Shown: positions 11,201 to 21,400 of the stretch, piece by piece
Numbering within the stretch: position 1 is the first letter of the stretch
How the letters are laid out: every line of letters starts with the position of its first letter
Source of the DNA: a virus
Lineage: Duplodnaviria; Caudoviricetes
IMG/VR virus record: IMGVR_UViG_3300031857_000194
Span: 1-59,478 of that record
DNA length: 59,478 nucleotides
Reading direction: 5' to 3' (one strand)
Notes under the pieces: model-generated
What the model was told of the DNA's origin: nothing
Database searches by the model: none
The model's input: only the letters and a program-made list of their open reading frames with translations
Program-made: the position numbers and the translations under genes

Positions 11201-14103
11201 TTGGCGACCTGAGCCGCGTTTACGATGGAGTTGTCCCGCACACGGTTGGACTGGCACGCGAGCGTCATCGTGCCCGGTATCGCGGTGAGCGGCGCGGTTG
11301 GGGGTGTGAAGTTCGCGGTGTACACCGCGGTTCCTTTCACAAATCGCAGGTTGGAGATGTACCCGTAGAAGTACTCCCTGAGTGTGTTTGTTTGGGCGCC
11401 AATGACGGGGTTGTTGCCGTTGGAGGTGTTCATCACCGTGTCGGCGAAGCTGGTGCTCGCCGCGATCGTGCCACCGGCTACTTTTTTACCGTCCACGTAC
11501 AGGCTTATGTTTGTCGCGCTGTCCCTGGTGACGACCACGTGGTGCCACTGGTTCAGACGTATCACCCCCGCCGGGGCTGATATTGTTGTTACTGCTTGGT
11601 TGGTGGCTCTGAGCTGGCAGTTAAACGTGCCCGTTGAGCTCACTATGTACGGGTAAATAATATCAACGACTGTCGTGTAGTAGTGCCAAATGCCCTGCGC
11701 CGTGGCGCTGGAGTTGACGGTGTAAATCCACGACTCCCAGGTGAACAAGCCAGTGCCAATCCCGTACGTCAGCGCGGTTGGGGTTGTGGAGATGTAGTCC
11801 CCGCTGCCGTCGAAGTACGTGGACCAGGCCTGCACGGGCGGGGTGGTGTAGTTTATGGGGCTGTTGTTGAATGGGTTGGCAAATGTGAGCGTGTAGGCAT
11901 TACCGTTGACCGTGATCGGGAACGCGTTCGGGCTGTTGTCGATGAATGTGCTGGATTGGCAGGTCAGCAGTACTGTTCCAGAGATTGCGGTCAGCGGAGC
12001 GGTGGGTACGGGCAAGGTTGAGATAGTTGCGTCGTATCCGGATGGCAGTGCTCCTTTTGTCATCCGGTAGTTACTTATATATCCCAATATTGGGTTACCG
12101 CTGCGGGCCCGGCCGATGTCAAGATTGTTGTCTGAATTTATGTCCGTTGTGCAGGCGGTCGATGACGCGGCACCCACACCGTTTAAGTACAACCTGATGA
12201 CGCCGGAGTTTCTTACTACGGCGACGTGGTTCCACGAGTCGACCGCCAGAGTTCCGCCGGTTATGGCTCTGGCGCCGGCGTCTATCCACTCAAACTCAAG
12301 TCTCAGTGAAGGATTGACATAGAACACGTAACCATCTATGCCCACGGTTCCTTTGGCACCGAAACCTTGGTTTGCCCCGTTTGTGCTTGTAATGTATACC
12401 CAGCACTCTATGCAAAAACTGTCGGTATTGGGATCCAGAGCAGCGTTGTTGGCTATGGTTAAGTAATCTGTACCATCAAAAGCCCCCGACCAGTCGGTCA
12501 TGCCAAACGGGTTCGTTGGCACGGGCCGCGCGTTGCCGTTTGTGGTGACCGCGAAGGCGTTGGTTGAGTTGTCGATGAACTGGCTGTTCTGGCAGGTCAG
12601 CAGCGAGGTGTTTGCGATTGCGGTCAGCGGGGTTATTGGCACGGTGAAGTTCGCGGTGTAGACCGCTGTACCTTTGACAACTCTTGCGCTGCTTATGTAA
12701 CCATTAAGATCACCATTCCAATAAGATCCTACTTTTGTTAGCGTTGTGTCAAGGTTTATTGTTGCCGATGATGAGTACGAGGCCTCTTCTTGTCCATTTA
12801 CAAAAAGGCGCATCGTTGAACCTGATCGTGTGATAGCGACATGGTACCACTGACCAGAATCTATTGTAGTCGAAGATTGCAAAACCGGGGTTGTGCCGGT
12901 CAGGATGTTGTAAGCAAAAAAACTTAATTTTGTTGGGCCTGAGCTGTGCCCAAAGATAAGTGCTGTGGCGGTTCCGGAGAAGCTGCCAGCCCCGTTTGCT
13001 ATAAGTCCCTGCGCGACCCCCGAAGTCGCGTTGTTCATTAAGAAAAACATCTCAATTGTGAAGTCTCCGGTCAGATCAAGCTGAGCAGAGGACGGGACGC
13101 TAACATAGTCTCCCGTGCCATCAAAATACCCCGAATAGTACCCTTCAGTTTGCGCGGTGCCCCCGCCGTAGTTAAAGGGAGTGAAGTTACCCTGTGTGGT
13201 GTTGCCGTTCCGGGTGATGGCGAAGTTGTTGGTTGAACTGTCCAAGAAAGTGTTGTTCTGCGCGCCGTTGGTTGAGCTGCTGTTGATCAGCAGAGTATTG
13301 TAGGGCCAGTAGGGATAGTCTTGGGCGGTGGTTTTGGGGTTGAATCCCAGTTCAGCCACAGTGGCACCGTTGCCAAACGGCAGATAGAATCCGTTGACAC
13401 CATATGAACCAGCATAGGTCAAGGGTATGAGCTGACCTGTGGCCGTGTCAGTTTCGGTAAAAGCTGCAGGAGTCAGTGCCTGACCGTCTACAAAGTTCAC
13501 GTCGGCTAGGTACCCACCAAAGTTAATGCTCTGCTGAAGATCGCGGCCGATGGCGTGTACGGATCCTGCGGCGTTGATTGAAAGTTGCGCGAACTGCGCG
13601 GGGTTGTTACTAGTTGAGAACGCGGTGATCTGGGTGCCGTTAACGTATAGTTTGATTCTATCGGCGGCTGTGCTCTGCGTTGTATCAACCGCGCAAAGTA
13701 TGTGGTACCACTGCGAGGGATCACGAAAAACCTGAGTTGTTACTCGGTAGACTGTGAACCACAATTGAAGACCCAACGTGTCAGCAATCCCGTTTGATCC
13801 AAACGTTAGCGCAAGAAATGTTGAGTCTGAGGCTCCGTTTGGTGTGCCGAATAGCTCTTGGTACGTGTTTCCTAACACGCTGCGCTTTACCCAACCGCTC
13901 CACGTCCAAGTTGTTCTGCTGCCCTGTAAGGTTGGAATGTACGAGAAGTACGCGGTGTCCGCCGGGTTGAAGCGCACGCTGCTGCTGACCTGCAAGGGAG
14001 TGGGCCCAGGTGGATTGGGATTGGGATTGGCGCCAAACCCCAGGATCTGCATGTTGCGTATGACGCCGCCTCTGATGATACCGTTGAAATTAAAGTTTGC
14101 CAT
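8263..14103 (-). CDS. Large tail fibre/adhesin with multiple LamG (ConA-like) domains, a SPRY-like domain and a C-terminal domain
   Basis: Repeated FDG.GDY...FTIE.W...W.H.A..R...GYIS..R..KG units; SGKWYAE...GDVIGVALDLDAG (SPRY-like). Confidence 0.85.
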   Translation of the reverse strand: MANFNFNGIIRGGVIRNMQILGFGANPNPNPPGPTPLQVSSSVRFNPADTAYFSYIPTLQGSRTTWTWSGWVKRSVLGNTYQELFGTPNGASDSTFLALTFGSNGIADTLGLQLWFTVYRVTTQVFRDPSQWYHILCAVDTTQSTAADRIKLYVNGTQITAFSTSNNPAQFAQLSINAAGSVHAIGRDLQQSINFGGYLADVNFVDGQALTPAAFTETDTATGQLIPLTYAGSYGVNGFYLPFGNGATVAELGFNPKTTAQDYPYWPYNTLLINSSSTNGAQNNTFLDSSTNNFAITRNGNTTQGNFTPFNYGGGTAQTEGYYSGYFDGTGDYVSVPSSAQLDLTGDFTIEMFFLMNNATSGVAQGLIANGAGSFSGTATALIFGHSSGPTKLSFFAYNILTGTTPVLQSSTTIDSGQWYHVAITRSGSTMRLFVNGQEEASYSSSATINLDTTLTKVGSYWNGDLNGYISSARVVKGTAVYTANFTVPITPLTAIANTSLLTCQNSQFIDNSTNAFAVTTNGNARPVPTNPFGMTDWSGAFDGTDYLTIANNAALDPNTDSFCIECWVYITSTNGANQGFGAKGTVGIDGYVFYVNPSLRLEFEWIDAGARAITGGTLAVDSWNHVAVVRNSGVIRLYLNGVGAASSTACTTDINSDNNLDIGRARSGNPILGYISNYRMTKGALPSGYDATISTLPVPTAPLTAISGTVLLTCQSSTFIDNSPNAFPITVNGNAYTLTFANPFNNSPINYTTPPVQAWSTYFDGSGDYISTTPTALTYGIGTGLFTWESWIYTVNSSATAQGIWHYYTTVVDIIYPYIVSSTGTFNCQLRATNQAVTTISAPAGVIRLNQWHHVVVTRDSATNISLYVDGKKVAGGTIAASTSFADTVMNTSNGNNPVIGAQTNTLREYFYGYISNLRFVKGTAVYTANFTPPTAPLTAIPGTMTLACQSNRVRDNSIVNAAQVANGNTAISPVSPFIPTQAWSAASYGGSMYLDGTGDNLLIPSSSALDLPGDFTIECWVNFSALSTNRMIIDRWSSGVNGGWQLYWRGTGTSITFWVNAAVVVQDPSTTRIQVGAWNHIAVVRSGTTCSLYINGEFVDSGTLSLSLSPANLPLCVGEQYSTLVNDLNGYVSGVRILKGTALYTSSFVPPVLPPTAIANTALLLNATNSGIYDAAGENVIETVGNAQVSTAVKKWGDSSVAFDGTGDYLVIPSTNAPTQFGSQDFTIEAWVYSTSIGNQQIIISNRIAASGNTNYDWQIFTSKLIFSTTSTNICVGVITLSSNTWYHVAVSRVSGTTRQFVNGVLDVTSTTSYNLTSNSSTVIGGNGTYQPTTYPFVGYIQDLRVTKGAGRYQGAFTPPAAAFAYNQYDISNQQWTPTNISVTAGTGQDNLSDSPSDYGTDTGAGGEVRGNYATLNPLNNGSESTLSNGALDISWSATAGHSAGSTIAVSSGKWYAEFTRGSSQTLIGIIPSTFSGKLTNWPGNADYGTNSYGYFSNNGNKYNNSSPSAYGASYATGDVIGVALDLDAGTLVFYKNGVSQGVAYSSITGSYIFAIGYGAAPTGGTVASANFGQRAFAYAAPTGFKCLVSTNLPTPTIGATSTTQASDYVDLELWTGTGANRSITGFGFAPDFVWIKGRSQVTNSFLFDILRGATNRLCSSLTVAQASEPNTLTAFNSDGFSLGTDAGVGACNLSGQTYVGWCWKANGAGSTNTDGSITSTVSANTTSGCSVVTWTGNGTNGATIGHGLGVAPVFTIIKSISGINSWYNWHQNLSGNNYGLSLNTTDAQAIFSFGNLGTKTSTTLQLVTGPSGADNVNLNGRTYVAYCFAAVAGYSAFGSYTGNGSADGPFVYLGFRPTIVLYKRIDSTSDWWIMDRERTAPYNIVNGFLYPNSSAAEGVADGLDFLSNGFKVRRAGTTDTNASGGTYIYAAFAEFPFKYARAR
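12485..12514. repeat. Dispersed repeat shared between LamG genes (copy at 39110-39139)
   Basis: CCCGACCAGTCGGTCATGCC[A/G]AACGGGTTC, 29/30 identical, encodes NPFGMTDWSG. Confidence 0.85.
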
Positions 14104-14105
14104 GA

Positions 14106-14312
14106 TTATTTGTTTTTGTTTCGCCCAGACTTCATGTTAGCGCACCAGTGATACATTTTAGCACGTTCCCCTGATGATTTTTTAGCACGTTGACGCAGAT
14201 CTGTGACCGAGCCAGAGCATGATGCACCTGCACGTTTGACACGCCCTGGTCTGCTGCGGCCCTTGATCTTGCCATCAGCAAAGTTTTCTGTGATGAATTC
14301 ATGTGCTCTCAT
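14106..14312 (-). CDS. Small basic putative internal head protein
   Basis: MRAHEFITE leader (compare T4 IP leader MKTYQEFIAE); Arg/Lys-rich with two Cys. Confidence 0.8.
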   Translation of the reverse strand: MRAHEFITENFADGKIKGRSRPGRVKRAGASCSGSVTDLRQRAKKSSGERAKMYHWCANMKSGRNKNK

Positions 14313-15421
14313 CGTGCTGTGGCCACCAATCTAATGTCTCTAGCAACTTTGGCCATGTCTCTGCCTTGTGCAGCAGCAGCGGGCACAGCATACATTTCTT
14401 CGTCCTCAGCACCGATGTTTAAGACTTCGCCAGTGGCTGTGTCGAAGCCATGCACTTCAATGCCGGGCATCTGCTCCAAGCGTTGCCACACACGCTGTCC
14501 ACCGGGACTTTGTTTGCGATCCGATACCAGGGTTAGGCCTAGATCAGTTATGAGCCTGCGATAAAAATCTGCTGCTGGTATGGTGTTGTCAGGACTGGCA
14601 TACAGGCCCGACACAATGAAACTGTCGGCGTTGCCAGGATAACGACTGCCAAACACCGTGAGTGTGGAGCGATTGGTCGCAGTGTTGAAAAGATTGTAGG
14701 TGATCTGTCCACCAAACTGATCACGATACACGCTGTGGGTTTTGTCTATGTCCAAGACCTTGCGGCCCAACAATGACATTTTTTCAGGCGAGATCTTGCC
14801 ACCGCGATTGGGCAGTTGATCTGGATTGGCACCTTTGCCTTTGACTTTGGAAAGTATTTGCACTTCCTGGATACCTTGTCCACTGTATTGCCGGTAAAGG
14901 TCCACATACCGCTGGACATCTTGTTCCCAGCCTCGGGGATCGCGATTCTTGTACTGTAGGCCCAGACTCATGGCATAGGCTTCTGAGGCACTGAGCCATG
15001 AACCAGGTTCCTTATGATCGGCCATGCGGGTCAGCACTCGGCGTGTCTGTGGATCTAGTCGTTCCAGTCGATAAGGATCTATACCTTCCCGGACACCTTG
15101 TTCCCACACATTACTATCGGGTCGATGTTTGGCCCAAAAGCCTGCACCGGCGTCGGTCTGCTGGCCACTCCTGCGTATGCGATATCCCTGGCTTTTGACA
15201 TAGTCATACATGGCAGCAGCTATGCCTTGGCCACGATAGCGTTCATCCACTTCCAGATCCTGTGGCATCAACTCACCGTCGTAGTCAATGAACAGCACTG
15301 AACCCAAGGGCCGGCCTCCCGCTGATGCTCGCACCATGATCTCATCTTCTTCTCGTTCCAAGCTCATGTCTATGCCTTGGAATGAGTCTTGGCCTATGAT
15401 GTCCTGTGGTAGCATGATCAA
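14309..15421 (-). CDS. GNAT acetyltransferase-containing polyprotein
   Basis: DLEVDERYRGQGIAAAMY acetyl-CoA motif A; second GNAT-like module (LVSDRKQSPGGQRVWQRL) after QGIQE; start uncertain. Confidence 0.75.
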   Translation of the reverse strand: MIMLPQDIIGQDSFQGIDMSLEREEDEIMVRASAGGRPLGSVLFIDYDGELMPQDLEVDERYRGQGIAAAMYDYVKSQGYRIRRSGQQTDAGAGFWAKHRPDSNVWEQGVREGIDPYRLERLDPQTRRVLTRMADHKEPGSWLSASEAYAMSLGLQYKNRDPRGWEQDVQRYVDLYRQYSGQGIQEVQILSKVKGKGANPDQLPNRGGKISPEKMSLLGRKVLDIDKTHSVYRDQFGGQITYNLFNTATNRSTLTVFGSRYPGNADSFIVSGLYASPDNTIPAADFYRRLITDLGLTLVSDRKQSPGGQRVWQRLEQMPGIEVHGFDTATGEVLNIGAEDEEMYAVPAAAAQGRDMAKVARDIRLVATAR

Positions 15422-17835
15422 TCCAACTGACTGGCCAATTGCTGATACAAAGCCAGTTTTTTATCGGCGCTCATGGCCATCCAACGCTGCATCCAATCAC
15501 TCGTGGGTCTTGTGCCCAAGGCATCTTTGATCAGGTCGCTGATGCTCTGATCCATTTCTTGTTCAGTGGGTCCAGAGGCTTCTGTCACGCTTTGTAATTG
15601 TTGTTGTGTGGCTCGAAGGTTGGGATTATTAGGGTTGGCTGTGTGCCGAACACCGGTGGCAGTACGTTGTGTAGTTCCCCCTGTTGAACTGGCAGTATTG
15701 GGCCCAGTGAGATTTTTTACCATACTGCCAAATCGGCTGGAATCCATTCCGGCCTGTGGCAATGCTGCAGATTTCGATGCCACTTGAGCAGGTGCAGTTC
15801 CAGCCTGTGGCGGTGCTGTAGTTCTCTGTGCTGTGGGAGCAGGTGCAGTTCTCGGTGCAGGTAGTTGCATTTGTTTCCAAACACCGGCCAAGACATTTTT
15901 GTCCACACCTTGCTTGACCAACAAAGCAAAAATCTGATCGCTGTCAGTGGGCGAACCTGCGGCTTTCCATGCTGTTGACAGTTTGTCAGCAGTGATCTTG
16001 GTGGTGATGTTTTGACCCACTTGCGCCACTTTGCCAGCGATGGCTTGACCGGCCTGTGAGGCCTTGCCTTTTAGATAATCCCATACTCCTTCTTCCACAC
16101 GCTGGAACATTTCCCGTATCTGTTGTGGAGTGATGGACTCCGCGGTGGTTTGTGGCCGGCTTGCAACACCAGAACCCGCTGCAGCTCCTTGGCTCAGTGA
16201 TTGCCCGGCCTGCGCCAATCCGTTGATCCATTGTGTTAACCCATCATTGGCGATTTGGTCCGCTCTGGCGTTGCGTGCTATGTCTAAAATCGCAGATCTG
16301 TAATCTGCGGAGTTAATTTCTCTAGAGATAGTTCTCAGTGTGTCATAGCCTCCGGCTTGCCCATCTCTAATCATGCGGAGAGCTTCCTCTATCGCGGATT
16401 TTTCTTCCGGAAACACTATTACATTGAATCCCTTCAGAGTCTGTTTCCATTCGGAACCGGGTCCGGTCAGAGTTTTGGTAGCATGGAATGACACGTCTTC
16501 TAGCCCGGCATCTTTAGGACCAAATGGTATTGAATCTGCTCGCATACCTGACACAAACTGGCCCAGCATCTCAAATGCTTTGCCTGATAGATAGCCCAGT
16601 GCTGCTGTCTTAACGCCCTTGCCCACAGCAGTGGAAAGCTTTTCACCTTTGAGCAATTCAGCGGTGCCACGCAGGATCTGGCCAGCGATGGCGCCTCCAG
16701 CAGGACCAGCACCCAAGGCAGCGATGGTAGTGAGCACACCCACGATGGCTGCTGTCTTGCCAGGATTGGCCTTTGCCCACTCGCCCAACTGCGACACACT
16801 ACGACCCAGTTGAGGAAACTTCTGTGCGATGTTGCCTTTGAGATTTTCAAACTTTTGGTCAAAGGCCTGTACAGGAGCAGTATTTTGTAACCATTTTCCT
16901 ACATTGTCGATTGCTCGGTTTACAGCACCGGCGGCATCCATGCCTTTGCCCACCAAGGTACGGTTGCCACCAGCGTCTGTGGCTGCTTGTTGTGTGGCTG
17001 TAAACAGTTGATTGATCTGTTGTGGATTCAAAGCCACTTCCAGCACAGGCCGGAACTCGTTGTAGATGCCTTCGACGATGCGTCGTTGTTGGACCGTGAG
17101 TCCTTGGCAGGATTCTGTAAGGATCTTGTGGCGGGGTTGTGCAATTTCTGTGACTTTCATCTTGATAATTTTACTTTCCGTTACGCCCATCTGGCGCGGC
17201 CCCACTGTGCCCAGTTTTCGGCCACCGAGGGCCATGACAGACTCGCGCCCGGAGTAATTCATGGTGTGGACCACATTGAAACCTGAGTCGGGCATGGCCC
17301 AGACCTCGATACCGTCTTCGGGGTCTCGAAAGATTTTGACTTTTTCTTTAGCATACTGCACAGCTTCTTGTTTGGTTTTGAACTGACTGGTAAACTTAGC
17401 TTCCGTGACACCTTGCGACATTTTTTGTTTAAGTGTTTGTATCTTTTGTTGATAAAATTTGCATTTCTCGTCGTCACCCGCACGATTGGCTGCTAAAGCA
17501 AGTTCTTCAAACTTTGATATTTTCTTTCTAATATCAGAGGAGCCTTCTGACAGATCATCGTCGTCAAATGGCAAGTACCAGAACCAGTTTTCAAATCCGC
17601 CAGGATTGGTATCATAGTCCATGTGTGCGGCGTTGCGAGCAGCATTCAACATATTTTTGAATATTGCCACAGCGTTATTTTCCACTGCCACTGCTTTCAA
17701 CGCTTGATACAGTTGTTCAGCACCAGCAGCATCTTTGTGTCGTTGGATCTTGGGAGCCAGTCGGTGATACACATCAGCAAATTCGCTGTGTAGTTCTCCC
17801 ATGCGGCTTTCGACTAATATTTCTGTGACTTTCAT
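15418..17835 (-). CDS. Putative internal/ejection polyprotein with hydrophobic Gly-zipper segment
   Basis: MKVTEILVE leader; LSE/VTE/LTE/VEE sites; TAAIVGVLTTIAALGAGPAGGAIAG segment. Confidence 0.75.
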   Translation of the reverse strand: MKVTEILVESRMGELHSEFADVYHRLAPKIQRHKDAAGAEQLYQALKAVAVENNAVAIFKNMLNAARNAAHMDYDTNPGGFENWFWYLPFDDDDLSEGSSDIRKKISKFEELALAANRAGDDEKCKFYQQKIQTLKQKMSQGVTEAKFTSQFKTKQEAVQYAKEKVKIFRDPEDGIEVWAMPDSGFNVVHTMNYSGRESVMALGGRKLGTVGPRQMGVTESKIIKMKVTEIAQPRHKILTESCQGLTVQQRRIVEGIYNEFRPVLEVALNPQQINQLFTATQQAATDAGGNRTLVGKGMDAAGAVNRAIDNVGKWLQNTAPVQAFDQKFENLKGNIAQKFPQLGRSVSQLGEWAKANPGKTAAIVGVLTTIAALGAGPAGGAIAGQILRGTAELLKGEKLSTAVGKGVKTAALGYLSGKAFEMLGQFVSGMRADSIPFGPKDAGLEDVSFHATKTLTGPGSEWKQTLKGFNVIVFPEEKSAIEEALRMIRDGQAGGYDTLRTISREINSADYRSAILDIARNARADQIANDGLTQWINGLAQAGQSLSQGAAAGSGVASRPQTTAESITPQQIREMFQRVEEGVWDYLKGKASQAGQAIAGKVAQVGQNITTKITADKLSTAWKAAGSPTDSDQIFALLVKQGVDKNVLAGVWKQMQLPAPRTAPAPTAQRTTAPPQAGTAPAQVASKSAALPQAGMDSSRFGSMVKNLTGPNTASSTGGTTQRTATGVRHTANPNNPNLRATQQQLQSVTEASGPTEQEMDQSISDLIKDALGTRPTSDWMQRWMAMSADKKLALYQQLASQLD

Positions 17836-17850
17836 TTTTGATTCCTTGTA

Positions 17851-18459
17851 TTATTTACGAGTCTGTGACAGCATGGATGCTGCGATAGCCAACATACTTT
17901 TCATGCGTTCGATGTCTCCGGGTGCTTCTTTCCAACCCACGGTTATCTGCCCGATGAATTTTCCAGGCTCGGGAGGAACACTGATCCTGCAGCCATATCT
18001 CATGCCTTTTTCTATGTACCAAAGGCCCACTTCGCTTTGTGCTGCGAGATATTCAACGCAGGGCACTTCTCCGGCCATGAGTGCCACAACATCTCTATTG
18101 TTGGCAGCATTGGCAGTGAACAAGCCAACATCTATGCCTTCTTTGGTTTTGTCTCTGCCTTCACGAGTGTATGCACGATACATCACACGGCTGCCCAGTA
18201 TCGGATCTACTTTGAATATGGCCACTACTTCGGCCTGCGTGTTCTTGAACAGATGTGTGACAGCATCATCCAGGCGATTTTCAGCCAGGGTGGGCAATCG
18301 TTGTTGTTCTTTATAGGTACCAACAATTAAATCGAGATTTTTGTAAATCAAGAATCCCATGAATGCCAGCACTGCCATGATGACCAAAGCCACCAACTTG
18401 AATGGCGAATCCACATAGGTCAAGATTTTATCAAGATAATCTTTTTTAACCACTGCCAT
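17851..18459 (-). CDS. Membrane protein with one TM helix and a GAF-like soluble domain (possible T4 T-like holin)
   Basis: Hydrophobic FKLVALVIMAVLAFMGFLIY followed by a CRISVPP...FIGQITVGW domain; start re-called at 18459. Confidence 0.55.
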   Translation of the reverse strand: MAVVKKDYLDKILTYVDSPFKLVALVIMAVLAFMGFLIYKNLDLIVGTYKEQQRLPTLAENRLDDAVTHLFKNTQAEVVAIFKVDPILGSRVMYRAYTREGRDKTKEGIDVGLFTANAANNRDVVALMAGEVPCVEYLAAQSEVGLWYIEKGMRYGCRISVPPEPGKFIGQITVGWKEAPGDIERMKSMLAIAASMLSQTRK

Positions 18460-18461
18460 GA

Positions 18462-21400
18462 TTATCTCATCTCCGGTACGACTTCTAATTCTACACCTAC
18501 TAGATCCGGTCTGTTGCGCCCCATCCATCCGGCGGCGAATCTATTGGCGTCGGTCTGGCTGTTGCCTATGCCACCAAATGTATGCACCACTTCATTGGTG
18601 TTGGCATTGCGTATCTGCCACCGACCAGTGAACTCGCCTTGTGATCGTTGTGCTGCATACTGGGCGATCAATCGGTCTGCTTGTTGATTTACATTAGGCT
18701 GGGCCTGCACGGGTTCGGCTTCGATGCTGGTGATCCTGCGGCGCTGTGCTTGCAGTGCTGAACGCACCGAATCCATGGCAGCATCAGCATTAGGGGCATC
18801 AACACTGAGGCTGTCTGTGACTTGTTCACCATTGCGAGTTTCACTCCAACTCACGCGATAGCGTTGTGTGTCCGCCGCTCTCAAGCGTGTTTGTAAATCC
18901 TGCTGATCCTGCCGATTATCTTTTTGCTGTTGCTGATACTGTCGCACTTCTGCGGCTGAGGCTGGTTCGGCTAGGAAACTGTCGGGATCATTTCGGCGGA
19001 GTTCGAGCCAATGTTTGTCCTGCCGTTCAGCTTCGGCCTTGGCCAGTGCAGTATTTTCAGCGGCCACCAGCAAGGTCCGACCGCTGTCTGTGTCAGTGAT
19101 GCGCCAGATGGTGGGACGATCCACGATCTTTTTTGCCACCTGTGCTCTACGGCTCAGTGGCTTTTCAGGTTCCACTTCGGATTTCTCCCGCGTGGTGAAA
19201 TCAAATCCTTGTCCGCTATATTTGACCAAGGCAGTTTCGTTGGCCGAGTCCAGGTTGTAATCTTTTATGACATCAATGACTTCACCAGTGTCAGTGTTGA
19301 TCACTTCGTATTCTTTAGCAGCCGCAAGGCTGCGCGGGGGTGGCACTTCCTTGGCCAGAACCTGCCGAGCCCACGACTTCTTTAGTTCTTCGGGTGTGAT
19401 CATACCTGCGCTGTATCGGGCAAACAATTCTAGTGCATCCTTGGCACCTTCTGTTTCAACATCGGCTTTGATTTTGGCGCCTTTGTCGGATCGGGAGTAC
19501 TGGGTTTCACGGTATCCGCTCAACAGTTTGTACAGTTTCTTGCCATACTCTTGGCGCTCCAGTTCGGGTCTGCTGGCTATGTACATGGCTCTAGCAAAAC
19601 GCAGCATGGTATCTTCCAGTGCGCCCACTTCTTCGTCGCCTTTGGCCAGATAATCGCCGCCCGGTGAGCGAAACTCGATGTAGCCATCTTTGATATGTGC
19701 CGAAGTGTATTTGTCACGGCCCACCCCATCTCTCACCATGTCGGCAGCCAACTCTATGAGATTCTTTTTCATGAGATCCATGGCAGCGGCTGTTTTCTCT
19801 GCGCCAGACATTTTTGCTGGCGAACTATCCCAGCCTGTGACTTCCTGCTCCTGCATTTGATTTCTACGGCTGCGCTGCACATCCTGCAGTTTGCCCAGAG
19901 CCGAACGTGCGTAACTGTTGGCTGAACGTCCAAAACGTTCCAGCACATACTGATCACCCAGGAACATTATGAGTTTGACATAGTCCACTGCGCCACCCTT
20001 GAAAGGCACGCTCACGCCCATGTGTAAACCAGTTGACGAGTTGGTGTAGGCATCGCCGTCGCTGTTGGCCCAGTCTATAACAGTCTGCAGAGATTCCAGC
20101 GCCTGCTTGAGTGGCATGGGTGGTGATACCACTTCCAGTCCTGTTTCGTCGCTGGGATCGTCGGGATCTAGGCTGCCATCAGGCTCGATGATCCAAAGCC
20201 CGGGCTTTCTTGACACGCTGTGATAGCCCGTGCTGCCACGCACTTGTGCATCACCGCCCAGGGCTTGGCGTAAACTGTCAGCGATGTCGTCCACAGTGCG
20301 ATCGCCACCGCTGGTTTCACCGCCACGCCAGTAGGGCCAGTCTAAACCAAACTCACTGCCAACGTCACTCATGTATCGATATTCTTGTTCCAACCAGTCA
20401 CTTTCATCGTAGTCGCTGCTGTCTCTGGTGGTGTCAAAATAATCGTCTCTGGCTTGATCAAAACGATCATCTTCGGTATCCACACTGGTTTCCACATCTG
20501 CCCGATACAGTTCTCTGGCCAGGGCTTCAATCTTTTCTGATTGTTCCTCGGACTCTTCACTGGTGTCTATGCCCAGTTCTTCCGCAGCACGCTCTCTGTA
20601 GTTGTCCTGCTCCTCGGGCCATACATTCTCATCATAGTAGTCACGCACGATCTGATCTGCGTTTTGGTTCCAGCCTTCGGCGATCTGTTCATCTCGCCAT
20701 TCGTAGAAAGATTCCCGCATTTCTTGCTGCAATCTATTAGCAGACGATCTGCCGATGCCGTTGTCGCCGCCTTGGAAAAAATCCACCACCCCATCTATGC
20801 TGTAGGCACGCTCGTCCATGTCATAGTCAGCTTCGTAGTCTTCTTCCTCGCCTTCGCCGGCATCACGGAAGATGAGTTCGGCTTCAAAGCCTGCTTGTAT
20901 GCCCTCGGCTTCGTCGGAATCGGCCCACTTCTTGAGTTCACCTGGGCTCATCTTGACTTCCAAGAGATCTTCACTGTCCTGTGATTCTGCTGTGATGCCA
21001 CGTGCCCAATCGTCGGGTGTGACGCCGTATTTGGCCACCCACTGATCGTGCAACTTTTGAGGTGTGATATCATATCGTCGGGATATGGTTTGCATGACGT
21101 GATCTATGTTGTCATAGTTGGGATTTTCCAACTGTTTCACACCTTTGGCCAGATCATCCAGGTACTTTTCACGCTGATAACTTTCTGCTATGTCTGTGAA
21201 TATTTTGTCGTGCTGTCGACCGTAATCAACCATGACACGTCCGGCCACGGTGTTGGCATCGGCTTCCACTCTAGCCAACTCTTGGCTGTTCATGTCGTGA
21301 TGCGCTGTGCCATCAATAAACTGTTTCACGTGCTGCAGTTCATGTGTGTAGGTACGCAACACATCTGCTAGATATCTGTCGCCAACGTAAACATAAACTT

